From NCBI GenBank assembly GCA_034664085.1, contig JAXDII010000098.1, positions 2,140 to 66,139 of the forward strand: a stretch of 64,000 nt of DNA. Reading direction: 5' to 3'. Both the position numbers and the translations under genes were made by a program. This stretch comes from Thermoleophilaceae bacterium (lineage in GTDB: Bacteria > Actinomycetota > Thermoleophilia > Solirubrobacterales > Thermoleophilaceae). Of the stretch, positions 56,065 to 64,000 are shown one piece after another; the stretch's first letter is position 1; each line of letters begins with the position of its first letter. Under the pieces are notes generated by a model that did not search any database, was not told the DNA's origin, and saw only the letters and a list, made by a program, of their open reading frames with translations.

Positions 56065-56874
56065 CTAGACGGGCAGGCAGCTCGGCCGGTACGCGGGGTC
56101 AGCGGGCCCGGGTCGGGCGAGCGCGTTCTGGATCCAGCGCAGCGCGACCGCGTCTCCGAGGATCGACAGGTGCTCCGACAGGTCCAGCGGACAGCGGGCC
56201 TGGAGCAGCACGTTGGTGGTGCCCCACCCCGACAGGAAGGCGGAGCTGTAGGGGATGACCACCTCGTCGTAGCGCGTCTGGATGACCGTGTAGTGGACCG
56301 CGCCGGGAGTCTCGTCGCCGCTGTTCAGGGCGGTCAGGAACGCCGAGCCGGTCGCCTGCTGGGCGCAGGACGGGCAGAGCCCGGCGCCGGCGAGCACCAG
56401 CGCGCCCGGGTTGCTCGTGCCGTGGTTGGACGGCGACAGCCCGATCAGCTCGTCCACCTTTGCAGTGCCGCCCAGGAACTTCAGGTAGTGGCGCGGCATC
56501 ATGCCGCCCTGCGAGTGCCCCACGAGCGCGACCTTGGCGGCGCCGGTGGCCGCGAGCACCCGGTCGACGAAGGCGCGCAGCTCCCCGGCGGACTGCTCGA
56601 TCGGGTCCGTGCCGCGGTGGCCGTAGTCGAGCGCGAAGACGCAGTAGCCGGCCTGCTTCAGCCGCGGCGAGATCAGGTTCCAGGAGACCGTCATGTCGGC
56701 GAACGTGCCGTGCACGAGCACCACCGGGTGCGGGTGCGCCGAGCTCGGGCGGCAGCTCCAGTCGTTGGCGCCCGGCGGGCTGATGCCGGGTGCGACGTAG
56801 GGCGAGGCGGCCGCCGGGGCGCTGCAGGCGAGCGCGAGCACAACCACGGCCAGCACCGCTCGAGCTTCCCTCAT
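56065..56874 (-). CDS. Secreted alpha/beta-hydrolase lipase/esterase (class 2 lipase-like)
   Basis: 269 aa with a signal peptide (AVVVLALACSAPAAA), PVVLVHGTFAD and the nucleophile elbow LVGHSQGG. Confidence 0.8.
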   Translation of the reverse strand: MREARAVLAVVVLALACSAPAAASPYVAPGISPPGANDWSCRPSSAHPHPVVLVHGTFADMTVSWNLISPRLKQAGYCVFALDYGHRGTDPIEQSAGELRAFVDRVLAATGAAKVALVGHSQGGMMPRHYLKFLGGTAKVDELIGLSPSNHGTSNPGALVLAGAGLCPSCAQQATGSAFLTALNSGDETPGAVHYTVIQTRYDEVVIPYSSAFLSGWGTTNVLLQARCPLDLSEHLSILGDAVALRWIQNALARPGPADPAYRPSCLPV

Positions 56875-56891
56875 GTGCGGCTACCTACCCG

Positions 56892-58136
56892 TTAGAGCAT
56901 CGAAGCACGCACGTCCGGATCGTCCCGCACCAGGTCGGCGATCAGGTAGATCGACCCGGTGGCGAGAACCGCGCCGTCCGGCCCGGCCAGCTCCCTTGCA
57001 CGCTTGACCGCGGCCCGCGGGTCGGGGACCGTCTCCGACGGCGGGCCGCCCAGCTGCTCGGCGAGCGAGCCGAGCGTCGCCGGCGACAGCGAGCGCGGGT
57101 TCTGCGAGCGCGTGTAGACCGCGCGGTCGAAGTGCGGCAGCAGCTCGCCGAGCATGCTCGCCGCGTCCTTGTCCTCCAGGACGCCGAGCACGGCCACGCG
57201 CGGGCGCCGCTCACCGAAGACGTCGCCGAGCGACTCCGCCAGCGCGCGGGCGCCGGCCGGGTTGTGGGCGCCGTCGTAGACGGTCAGGGGCCGGTCGGCG
57301 ACGACCTCCACCCTGCCGGGGATAGTGGTCTCGGCGGCGGCGGCCTGGAGCGCGTCCTTGCGAATCGACCCCTGGCCCATGAAGGCCTCGGCGGCGGCCG
57401 CCGCCAGGGCGAAGTTCGGGCGCTGGAAGCGCCCCGCCGCCCGCAGCGGGATGCCGAGGTCCTCCGGAGCCCGGACCAGCGCGGCGTTGCGCTCGCCGGC
57501 CACCCGCTCGGCGACCGTCGCGGTGATCGGATCGAGCGCCCCCACGACCAGCGTGCCGTGGTCGCGCACCACCGCGAGCTTCTCCGCGGCGATGTCCGTG
57601 ACCGTGGGCCCCAGCCAGCGCGTGTGCTCCAGGCCGACGGAGGTGAGCGCCTGCACCTTCGAGGGGATCACGTTGGTGGCGTCGAAGCGGCCGCCCAGGC
57701 CGGCCTCGATCACGGCCACCTCCACCCCGCGCCGGGCCAGCTCGTGGTAGGCGGCCGCGGTGAGCGCCTCGAACTGAGTCACGCGGTCGTCGGGCTCCTC
57801 CGTGCGGTTGACGAGCTCGGCGGCCTGCGCGGCCCGCTCCACCGCCGCCGCGAAGTCCGCCTCGGGCACCGCCCGCTCGCCGACCTCGATGCGCTCGCGG
57901 AACGAGCGCAGGTGCGGCGACGTGTAGCTGCCCGTGCTCAGCCCGTGGCGCTCGAGAATCGCGGCGCAGAGGCGCACGGTCGAGGACTTGCCGTTCGTGC
58001 CGACGACGTGGATCGACGCGAAGCGCCGCTGCGGCAGGCCGAGCACGGTCATCAGCCGGTGCATGCGGTCGAGCCCGAAGCGCATGCCGAACAGCTCCAG
58101 GGACAGCAGGTACTCCTCGGCCTCGCGGAAGGTCAT
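56892..58136 (-). CDS. folC: Folylpolyglutamate synthase / dihydrofolate synthase
   Basis: Internal ATG at 58136 of track ORF 56892..59351 (414 aa). Has FGLDRMHRLMTVLGLPQRRFASIHVVGTNGKSST, VIEAGLGGRFDATNV and DGAHNPAGA. Shares an ATGA overlap with valS. Confidence 0.9.
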   Translation of the reverse strand: MTFREAEEYLLSLELFGMRFGLDRMHRLMTVLGLPQRRFASIHVVGTNGKSSTVRLCAAILERHGLSTGSYTSPHLRSFRERIEVGERAVPEADFAAAVERAAQAAELVNRTEEPDDRVTQFEALTAAAYHELARRGVEVAVIEAGLGGRFDATNVIPSKVQALTSVGLEHTRWLGPTVTDIAAEKLAVVRDHGTLVVGALDPITATVAERVAGERNAALVRAPEDLGIPLRAAGRFQRPNFALAAAAAEAFMGQGSIRKDALQAAAAETTIPGRVEVVADRPLTVYDGAHNPAGARALAESLGDVFGERRPRVAVLGVLEDKDAASMLGELLPHFDRAVYTRSQNPRSLSPATLGSLAEQLGGPPSETVPDPRAAVKRARELAGPDGAVLATGSIYLIADLVRDDPDVRASML

Positions 58137-60727
58137 TCGGCGCCGAGGCGTCGCAGCGCCTCGCGGTACTCCTCGAGCTTGCGCCGCTCCTCGGCCACCA
58201 CCTCGGCCGGCGCACGCTCGACGAACTGCTCGTTGGACAGCTTGTGCTCGGCGCGCTCGATCTCGGCGACGAGCTGGGCGCGCCGGGCGGAGCGGCGGCG
58301 CTCGGCCTCGGCCGGGTCGAAGGCATCGGAGGGCAGCACCTGCACGCCCCCGCCGGGGATCGGCACCGTGGCCAGGACATCGCCGTCGGAGGCGTCCTCG
58401 TCCAGCAGCTCGAAGCGAGCGAGCCGGGCCAGGTGCTCGCGCAGTCCCTCGTAGCCGTCGGCCACCAGGCGCCCGCGCACGATCGCGGACGGCTTCGCGG
58501 AGACCTCGTCGCGGTAGCGGCGCAGCGACGTGACGGCCTCCATCAGCCGCTCGACCTCGGCCTCGGCGCGCTCGTCGATGAGCGCCTCGCCCGCCACCGG
58601 CCAGTCGGCCGTCGCCAGCAGCCCGCGCTCGCCCTCGCGCGCTTCGGGCATCAGCGACCAGATCTCCTCGGTCACGAACGGCATGACCGGATGCAGCAGC
58701 CTCAGCGTGCGCTCCAGCGCCCAGAGCAGCACGGCCGAGACCGCCTCGTTGTCCTGCTCGTAGAGGCGCGGCTTGGCCAGCTCGAGATACCAGTCGCAGA
58801 GCTCCGACCAGAACGCGCCGTAGAGGTCGAGCGACGCGTGCGAGAAGCGGAAGCTGTCGTAGAGCTCCGTGACCCGCCCCGTCAGCCGCTCCAGCCGCGA
58901 CACGATCCAGCGGTCCTCCACCGTGGCGGCCGCGCCCGCGTCGGGCTCGACGTCGGAGACGCGCAGCAGGATCAGCCGCGACGCGTTCCAGAGCTTGTTG
59001 GCCAGGTCGCGGCCCTGCTTGACGCGCTCCTCGTTGAAGCGCACGTCCTGGGCAGAGGACATCGCGAGCAGGCCGAAGCGCAGGGCGTCGGCGCCGTGGC
59101 GGTCGATCAGCTCCAGCGGGTCCATGCCGGTGCCGAGCGACTTCGACATGCGGCGGCCGTCGGGCGCCTGGATCACCGAGTGGATGTTCACGTCGGAGAA
59201 CGGGACGTCGTCGGTCAGCTCGATGCCGAACATGACCATGCGCGCGACCCAGAGGAAGATGATGTCCCGGGCGGTCGACAGCACGTCGGTCGGGTAGAAC
59301 GCGCGCAGCGCCGGCGTGTCCTCCGGCCAGCCGAGCGTGGCGAACGGCCACAGCCCCGACGAGAACCAGGTGTCCAGCACGTCAGGGTCGCGCTCCCAGC
59401 CGTCGCCCTCGGGCGCCTCGACGCCCACGTAGGTCTCGCCGCCGCGGTACCAGACCGGCAGCTGGTGGCCCCACCAGAGCTGGCGCGAGATGCACCAGGG
59501 ACGGATGTTCTCGAGCCAGTTCGTGTAGACGTCGGTCCAGGGCCGCTCCGGGTGGAAGCGCAGGCGGCCGTCGCGCACGACCTCCATCGCGGGCCGGGCC
59601 AGGTCGTTCATGTCGCAGAACCACTGCAGCGAGATCAGCGGCTCGATGCGGCGGCCCGAGCGGTGCGAGTGCGGCACGTCGTGCACGTAGGCCTCGGTCG
59701 CCGAGACCAGCCCCTCGTCGCGCAGCTCGGCCACCACCGCCGCGCGCGCCTCGTCGGCCTCCATGCCGCGAAAGCGCTCGGGCGCGGCGTCGGTCATGCG
59801 CCCGTCCTCGCCGATCACGCTGACCTCCTCGAGGCCGTGCTTGCGGCCGATCTCGAAGTCCGCCGGGTCGTGCCCCGGCGTGATCTTGAGCGCGCCCGTG
59901 CCGAACTCCGGGTCGACGTGCTCGTCGGCGATCACCGGGAGGCGGCGCCCGACCAGCGGGAGGATCGCCGTTTCCCCGACCAGCCGCGAGTAGCGCTCGT
60001 CGTCCGGGTTCACCGCGATCGCCGTGTCGGCCAGCATCGTCTCCGGGCGCACCGTCGCGACGGTGATCGAACCCGAGCCCGACTCGAGCGGATAGTCGAT
60101 CGAATAGAGGGTGTCCTCGACCGTGCGCTGCTCCACCTCCAGGTCGGAGATTGCGGTCCCCAGGCCCGGGTCCCAGTTGACCATGTAGTAGTCGCGGTAG
60201 ATCAGGCCCTTCTCGTAGAGGTGCACGAAGACGCCGGCCACGGCCCGCTGGTAGTCGTCGTCCATCGTGAAGCGCTCGTCCTCGTAGTCGAGCGAGGCGC
60301 CCAGGCGCTTGAACTGCTCGGTGATCGTGGAGCCGTGCTGGCGCCGCCACTCCCAGACGCGCTCGATGAACCCGTCGCGACCGAGCTCCTCCTTGGCCTT
60401 GCCCTCCTCGGCGAGCGCCTTCTCCACCAGTCGCTGCACCGCGATGCCGGCGTGGTCGGTGCCGTAGATCCACTTCGTGCGCTTGCCGCGCATGCGCGCG
60501 ACTCGCGCACAGAGGTCCTGGATCGAACCGTTGAGCGCGTGGCCCATGTGCAGCGAGCCGGTCACGTTCGGCGGCGGGACCGCGATCGAGAAGTTCTCCT
60601 CCGGCGTGCCCTCGGGCTCCGGGTGGAAGATGCCCGCGTCCCACCAGCGCGCGAAGATGCGCGACTCGACGTCGGCTGGCTCGTAGCGGGTGCGCGCTTC
60701 GAGCACCTTGAGGCGGTCGGGGGCCAT
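58133..60727 (-). CDS. valS: Valine--tRNA ligase
   Basis: 864 aa with the HIGH-type motif (PPNVTGSLHMGHAL), KMSKS (GRRMSKSLGTGMDP) and a C-terminal coiled-coil. Confidence 0.97.
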   Translation of the reverse strand: MAPDRLKVLEARTRYEPADVESRIFARWWDAGIFHPEPEGTPEENFSIAVPPPNVTGSLHMGHALNGSIQDLCARVARMRGKRTKWIYGTDHAGIAVQRLVEKALAEEGKAKEELGRDGFIERVWEWRRQHGSTITEQFKRLGASLDYEDERFTMDDDYQRAVAGVFVHLYEKGLIYRDYYMVNWDPGLGTAISDLEVEQRTVEDTLYSIDYPLESGSGSITVATVRPETMLADTAIAVNPDDERYSRLVGETAILPLVGRRLPVIADEHVDPEFGTGALKITPGHDPADFEIGRKHGLEEVSVIGEDGRMTDAAPERFRGMEADEARAAVVAELRDEGLVSATEAYVHDVPHSHRSGRRIEPLISLQWFCDMNDLARPAMEVVRDGRLRFHPERPWTDVYTNWLENIRPWCISRQLWWGHQLPVWYRGGETYVGVEAPEGDGWERDPDVLDTWFSSGLWPFATLGWPEDTPALRAFYPTDVLSTARDIIFLWVARMVMFGIELTDDVPFSDVNIHSVIQAPDGRRMSKSLGTGMDPLELIDRHGADALRFGLLAMSSAQDVRFNEERVKQGRDLANKLWNASRLILLRVSDVEPDAGAAATVEDRWIVSRLERLTGRVTELYDSFRFSHASLDLYGAFWSELCDWYLELAKPRLYEQDNEAVSAVLLWALERTLRLLHPVMPFVTEEIWSLMPEAREGERGLLATADWPVAGEALIDERAEAEVERLMEAVTSLRRYRDEVSAKPSAIVRGRLVADGYEGLREHLARLARFELLDEDASDGDVLATVPIPGGGVQVLPSDAFDPAEAERRRSARRAQLVAEIERAEHKLSNEQFVERAPAEVVAEERRKLEEYREALRRLGAE

Positions 60728-60748
60728 CGCCTTCCAGTCTGCCAGCCG

Positions 60749-61417
60749 CTAGGCGGGGAGGCCGTTCACGAACTCGACGAACTTGCGCGTGTCGCGCAGC
60801 GGCGCGCCGTGGCCGAACAGCACCAGGCTCGGCTCCAGCTGGGCGAGCTTGCGCGCCGAGCGGCGGTTCTCGACGGGGTCGGCGGTGAAGAACGGCTTCG
60901 GGTCGCGCAGCCCCGGGATGCCGGTCACCACGTCCATGTTGTTGAGCACGTCGCCGAGGATCAGAACGCGGTCCGACTCGCGCCAGTAGGCGATGTGCCC
61001 GGGCGAGTGGCCGGGCACGTCGATCACCCGGAAGCCGGCGACCTCGTCGCCCTCGCGCAGATGGCGGTCCACGCGGCGGGCGGGGCCGCACCAGTGCTTC
61101 ATGATCAGCCGGTTGACCGGGTGCGGAGCCTGCGAGGAGGCCATCACGTCGAGGTCCTCGGCGAGCGGAACGTCGCGCTCCCCGACGCAGTACGGGATGC
61201 CGAGCCGCTCGCAAACGGCGGCGGAGGCGCCCTGGTGGTCGGGATGGGCGTGGGTCAGCGCGTGTGCGGAGACCTTCCGGCCCTCGAGCTGGCGCAGGAT
61301 GCGCCGCGGGGCGCGCCTGGTCGCGGCATCGATCAGAACGTCCTCGACCAGGTAGACGTTGATGGCGTTCGGCGGACGCCCTCGGAGCTGCCAGACGCCG
61401 GGGGCGAGCTGCTTCAC
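60749..61417 (-). CDS. MBL-fold metallo-hydrolase
   Basis: 222 aa with LTHAHPDHQG, VIDVPGHSPGH and LFGHG. Confidence 0.85.
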   Translation of the reverse strand: MKQLAPGVWQLRGRPPNAINVYLVEDVLIDAATRRAPRRILRQLEGRKVSAHALTHAHPDHQGASAAVCERLGIPYCVGERDVPLAEDLDVMASSQAPHPVNRLIMKHWCGPARRVDRHLREGDEVAGFRVIDVPGHSPGHIAYWRESDRVLILGDVLNNMDVVTGIPGLRDPKPFFTADPVENRRSARKLAQLEPSLVLFGHGAPLRDTRKFVEFVNGLPA

Positions 61418-61430
61418 GCCGCCGATGCTA

Positions 61431-61626
61431 GCCGGGAATCACGGGATCCAGGGGCGCGAGCCCTGGGCAGCAAGAAACCGGCCAGGAATCAGCGGGGGTC
61501 CGGGGGCGCGAGCCCCCGGCTGCCAAGAAACCGGCCAGGAATCAGCGGGGGTCCGGGGGCGCGAGCCCCCGGCTGTCATCACCGGCCAGGAATCAGCGGG
61601 GGTCCGGGGGCGCGAGCCCCCGGCTG
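61431..61626. repeat. Tandem array of a ~52-bp hairpin-containing repeat (3 near-identical copies plus 1 degenerate leading copy)
   Basis: The unit is ccggccaggaatcagcgggggtCCGGGGGCgcgaGCCCCCGGctg, at 61478-61522, 61531-61575 and 61582-61626, separated by 6-8 nt. A degenerate copy lies at 61431-61477. The array fills the gap between the recombinase-like gene stop and the MBL gene start. Confidence 0.85.
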
Positions 61627-61634
61627 TCATCCAT

Positions 61635-63353
61635 TCATTCGACCTGCCTCTTCGGCGGCCGCCGGTAGCCGGCGGCGGATTGCACGCTGGAGGGCCGCCA
61701 CTTGGCCCCGCCCCGCAGCGTCGGGACGCCCTCGCTGTTGAGGACATCGGCGATCGCCTGGAGCGTCATCCCCTCTTCGCGCATGGCGACGATCCGCTCC
61801 TTGATCGCGGGTACGTCGGCCACGGCTGCCTGAGCGGCGGGCGGTGCTGCGGCTGCCTGGGCGGCTGCCAGGCCCGTACGCGCGCGGTCGTGCTCCCAGG
61901 AGCTGACCGAAGCCAGCGCCCGGGCGGCCACGTGCCCGCCTTCCGAGGCGGTGTCGAGCCCGATGTCCATCGCCACCAGCCGGCCGTCGCTGCGGCCAAG
62001 CCGGTCGAGGATGCCACCGAGGTCTGCCGCGGAGCCGCTCAGCCGGCCCAGCTCGGACACAAGGAGGCAGTTGGCCTCCCCGCGGCCGATCTTGTCGAGC
62101 GCGTAGAGCAGCCCTCGCCGCTCCAGGCCCCTATCCGTCGATCCCTCGACGTCGCGGACCACCTCGACGAGCTCCCAGCCACGCTGGTCGCAGTACGAGT
62201 CGATCGCGCTGGTTTGCTCGGCGAACTGAGCGCCCTGGAGCTCCTCGGTCTCCGGAACGCTCACGTAGCCCAGCACTCGCACGTGTCCACCGTCCGTGCC
62301 CACACGCTGCTGTGCGCGTCTACGGTCAGGTGGCACGATGTTCGTGACTTCGTCCTGGGAGACCCAGAACGGATCCTCCTTGGCCGGGTCGCTAACCAGG
62401 TAGCGAGCCTCCGGCGCGCGGCGGAACCCACGCCGCCCCAACACGAGGGCGTGAACGGGTCCGCGGAAGCGGCCGACGGAGCGGGCGTTCGACCTGCCCT
62501 CCGCGACCACGCCCTGGGCCAGCGGGACCGCGGTTCCGCTGACCACCTTGTTGCGCCGTCCCAGCAGTCCTCCCGCCAGCATGCCGAGCAGCAGCGCCAG
62601 CACGCCTATGAGGACCACGAGCGGTACGGCGACGTCGCCCGACTCCCCCTTGGTGACCTGGGTGTCGGCGACCCGGACAGCCACGCCTGGGCGGGTGTCC
62701 GCCTGTCCGGCGCCACTCTGCACCGGCTCTTCGTTCCGCGGCGCGGACGCGCGCTGCTCCTGGGGCTTGCCGTTGCCGGCGAGCACCTGGCGAGTGCGGG
62801 TCGTGACCACGCCAGTGGCCGGCAGACCGCCGGTCCGCTGGAGGCGCTCCACCGCGGCCTGCGTGCGAGGGCCGAAGAGGCCGTCCACGGGGCCCGGCTG
62901 AACGCCGCGCCGCTGCAGCTTCGCCTGCAGCGAGCGCACCTGCGGTGATCCATCGGGCTGGGCGTAGCCGGCTCCCCGCCGGAGCGGCCGTTCCTTCGCC
63001 CGAGTCAACTCCCGTCGTGTGTCTCGACCGACTATCCCGTCGGCAGCGAGCCGCGCGGCATTCTGGAACCGAGCGACCGCGGCCGTGGTGAGCGGTCCGT
63101 ACAAGCCGTCCACCGGACCCGGCTGCCAGCCGAGCCTCCGCAGCGTGCGCTGTACGGCACGCACGGCCGGACCCCCTTCGGCCTTGCCGTAGCCCGCTCC
63201 GTACTGGAGCAGGCCCGAGCCGGCCTCGGAGCCAGTGGTCTTGTCGGACACACCACCCGCGATGCTGGTACCCGGCAGCCAGAGCAGGACGAGCACGGCC
63301 AGAAGGCCCGCCAATCCTGCCCGGCTGAAGGGCAGCTCATATGTTCGTCGCAT
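61635..63353 (-). CDS. Signal/anchor - 2x peptidoglycan-binding domain - TM helix - serine-recombinase (resolvase)-like domain - recombinase-type HTH fusion protein
   Basis: 572-aa track ORF with a strong SD (GAGGAG) before ATG 63353. The PG_binding_1-type repeats are GPAVRAVQRTLRRLGWQPGPVDGLYGPLTTAAVARFQ and SPQVRSLQAKLQRRGVQPGPVDGLFGPRTQAAVERLQ, and the TM helix is VAVPLVVLIGVLALLLGMLAGGLLG. The resolvase-like block is VRVLGYVSVPETEE...DVEGSTDRGLERRGLLYAL...LLVSELGRLSGS...GRLVAMDIGLDT. The HTH is MTLQAIADVLNSEGVPTLRGGAKWRPSSV. Confidence 0.8.
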   Translation of the reverse strand: MRRTYELPFSRAGLAGLLAVLVLLWLPGTSIAGGVSDKTTGSEAGSGLLQYGAGYGKAEGGPAVRAVQRTLRRLGWQPGPVDGLYGPLTTAAVARFQNAARLAADGIVGRDTRRELTRAKERPLRRGAGYAQPDGSPQVRSLQAKLQRRGVQPGPVDGLFGPRTQAAVERLQRTGGLPATGVVTTRTRQVLAGNGKPQEQRASAPRNEEPVQSGAGQADTRPGVAVRVADTQVTKGESGDVAVPLVVLIGVLALLLGMLAGGLLGRRNKVVSGTAVPLAQGVVAEGRSNARSVGRFRGPVHALVLGRRGFRRAPEARYLVSDPAKEDPFWVSQDEVTNIVPPDRRRAQQRVGTDGGHVRVLGYVSVPETEELQGAQFAEQTSAIDSYCDQRGWELVEVVRDVEGSTDRGLERRGLLYALDKIGRGEANCLLVSELGRLSGSAADLGGILDRLGRSDGRLVAMDIGLDTASEGGHVAARALASVSSWEHDRARTGLAAAQAAAAPPAAQAAVADVPAIKERIVAMREEGMTLQAIADVLNSEGVPTLRGGAKWRPSSVQSAAGYRRPPKRQVE

Positions 63354-63428
63354 CCTTGTCTCCTCATCGAGCGGTGGTCCCCGGGCGCTTCCGGCACCCG
63401 GGAAGTCCTGGTCAGACCCGCGGAGGGA

Positions 63429-64000
63429 CTAGCCAGGCCGTTCGATGACGGCGACGAACGCCATGGGCCGCCATTGCGCCGGCGGGAGGCGCAGGCGGCT
63501 GTAGTGCTGCAGCGCGAAGGCTGCAACCGAGAAGAGCAGTGCGAGGAGCAGGCTGAAGGCCACCCCGGAGCCGGCCGAGCTGGCGGATCCGGAGGACGCC
63601 GCGGGCAGCTCGGGCGTCTGCGGCAGCGAGCCGCCGCCGCGGGCGTCGGGCTGCGGGGCGGACGCTGCGGCGGGCTGGGCGATCCCCGAGCCGAGCGGCT
63701 GCTGGCCGAGGGACGCGAGCGGGCCCCAGGGACTCGACGCGGGCGCTGCCGGCGTCGAGTGGGCCGGAGCCTCGAGGACGGCCGCCCCGGGCCCTGAGGG
63801 CGGCTCGGCGAGGGTCACGGGCGCGGCGGGAGCGGTTGGCTGGAAGATGGGCGCGCCCGGGCCGGTGGCCGTCGGTGCGGAGGGGGCGGTCGGGGCGACC
63901 GGCGTCACGCCTTGGCCGAGGGGGGCGAGGGTCTGCAGGCCGTCGACCGGGAGCGCCTGACCGGCCGACGGAGCCGAGGGGGCGGACAGCGGCAGCGTGG
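63429..64000 (-). CDS. Pro/Ala-rich tail-anchored protein, partial (N-terminus beyond window end)
   Basis: The track ORF starts at GTG 63908, but the frame stays open to the window edge. The sequence is low-complexity P/A/S-rich, followed by the hydrophobic helix VAFSLLLALLFSVAAFAL and the basic QHYSRLR. Confidence 0.5.
   Translation of the reverse strand, partial: TLPLSAPSAPSAGQALPVDGLQTLAPLGQGVTPVAPTAPSAPTATGPGAPIFQPTAPAAPVTLAEPPSGPGAAVLEAPAHSTPAAPASSPWGPLASLGQQPLGSGIAQPAAASAPQPDARGGGSLPQTPELPAASSGSASSAGSGVAFSLLLALLFSVAAFALQHYSRLRLPPAQWRPMAFVAVIERPG

Noticed and set aside
61431-61626. I considered the tandem repeats as a CRISPR array.
   Set aside because: The sequences between repeats are only 6-8 nt and two of them are nearly identical (tcatca / tcatcc). 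The repeat length of about 45 nt with such spacers does not fit a CRISPR array. No cas genes are present in the window.

Overview
This is a very GC-rich (roughly 70% or more by eye), almost fully coding chromosomal segment. The gene order is actinobacterial in type: valS-folC ... ndk-maf-mreBCD-mrdA-rodA-rne ... rplU-rpmA-obg-proB ... proA-nadD-rsfS ... leuS ... comEA-comEC-holA ... rpsT/murJ ... lepA ... hrcA. Most genes lie on the minus strand in long operons, and many adjacent genes share 4-nt start/stop overlaps (ATGA/GTGA).

Other core content:
- a MaoC-type dehydratase pair
- a HAMP adenylate cyclase
- a group 1/2 sigma factor
- modABC with an HTH-TOBE regulator
- a CHASE2-HD-GYP phosphodiesterase
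- tRNA-Ala(GGC)
- a CoA-transferase A/B pair
- a MATE exporter and an EamA transporter

Accessory or unusual content:
1. A 2.65-kb IS1595-family element (3195-5848) has 38-bp imperfect terminal inverted repeats. It carries cargo: an HNH-nuclease-like protein, a zinc-ribbon ORF and three small, mostly membrane ORFs.
2. A 4.3-kb mixed-orientation patch (42217-46515) splits the conserved rne/rplU neighbourhood. It encodes a TetR-HTH/GAF-like/PP2C fusion, an orphan carrier-protein-like ORF, a PRC-barrel/DUF2382 stress protein and a membrane protein.
3. At 61.4-64.0 kb there is a tandem array of ~52-bp hairpin repeats, with a solo copy at 39759. Next to it is a 572-aa ORF that fuses two peptidoglycan-binding modules and a TM helix to a serine-recombinase-like module. 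A Pro/Ala-rich tail-anchored ORF follows and runs off the window.
4. A convergent amidinotransferase / M20 carbamoyl-amidohydrolase / PLP-decarboxylase / LOG-like cluster has two genes whose conserved N-termini precede any canonical start codon.

I saw no rRNA and no CRISPR array.

Limits: all functional calls come from motif and family recognition by eye, and no database search or folding program was run. Start sites refined by hand were checked against the ORF-track frames. Non-coding coordinates may be off by 1-3 nt.
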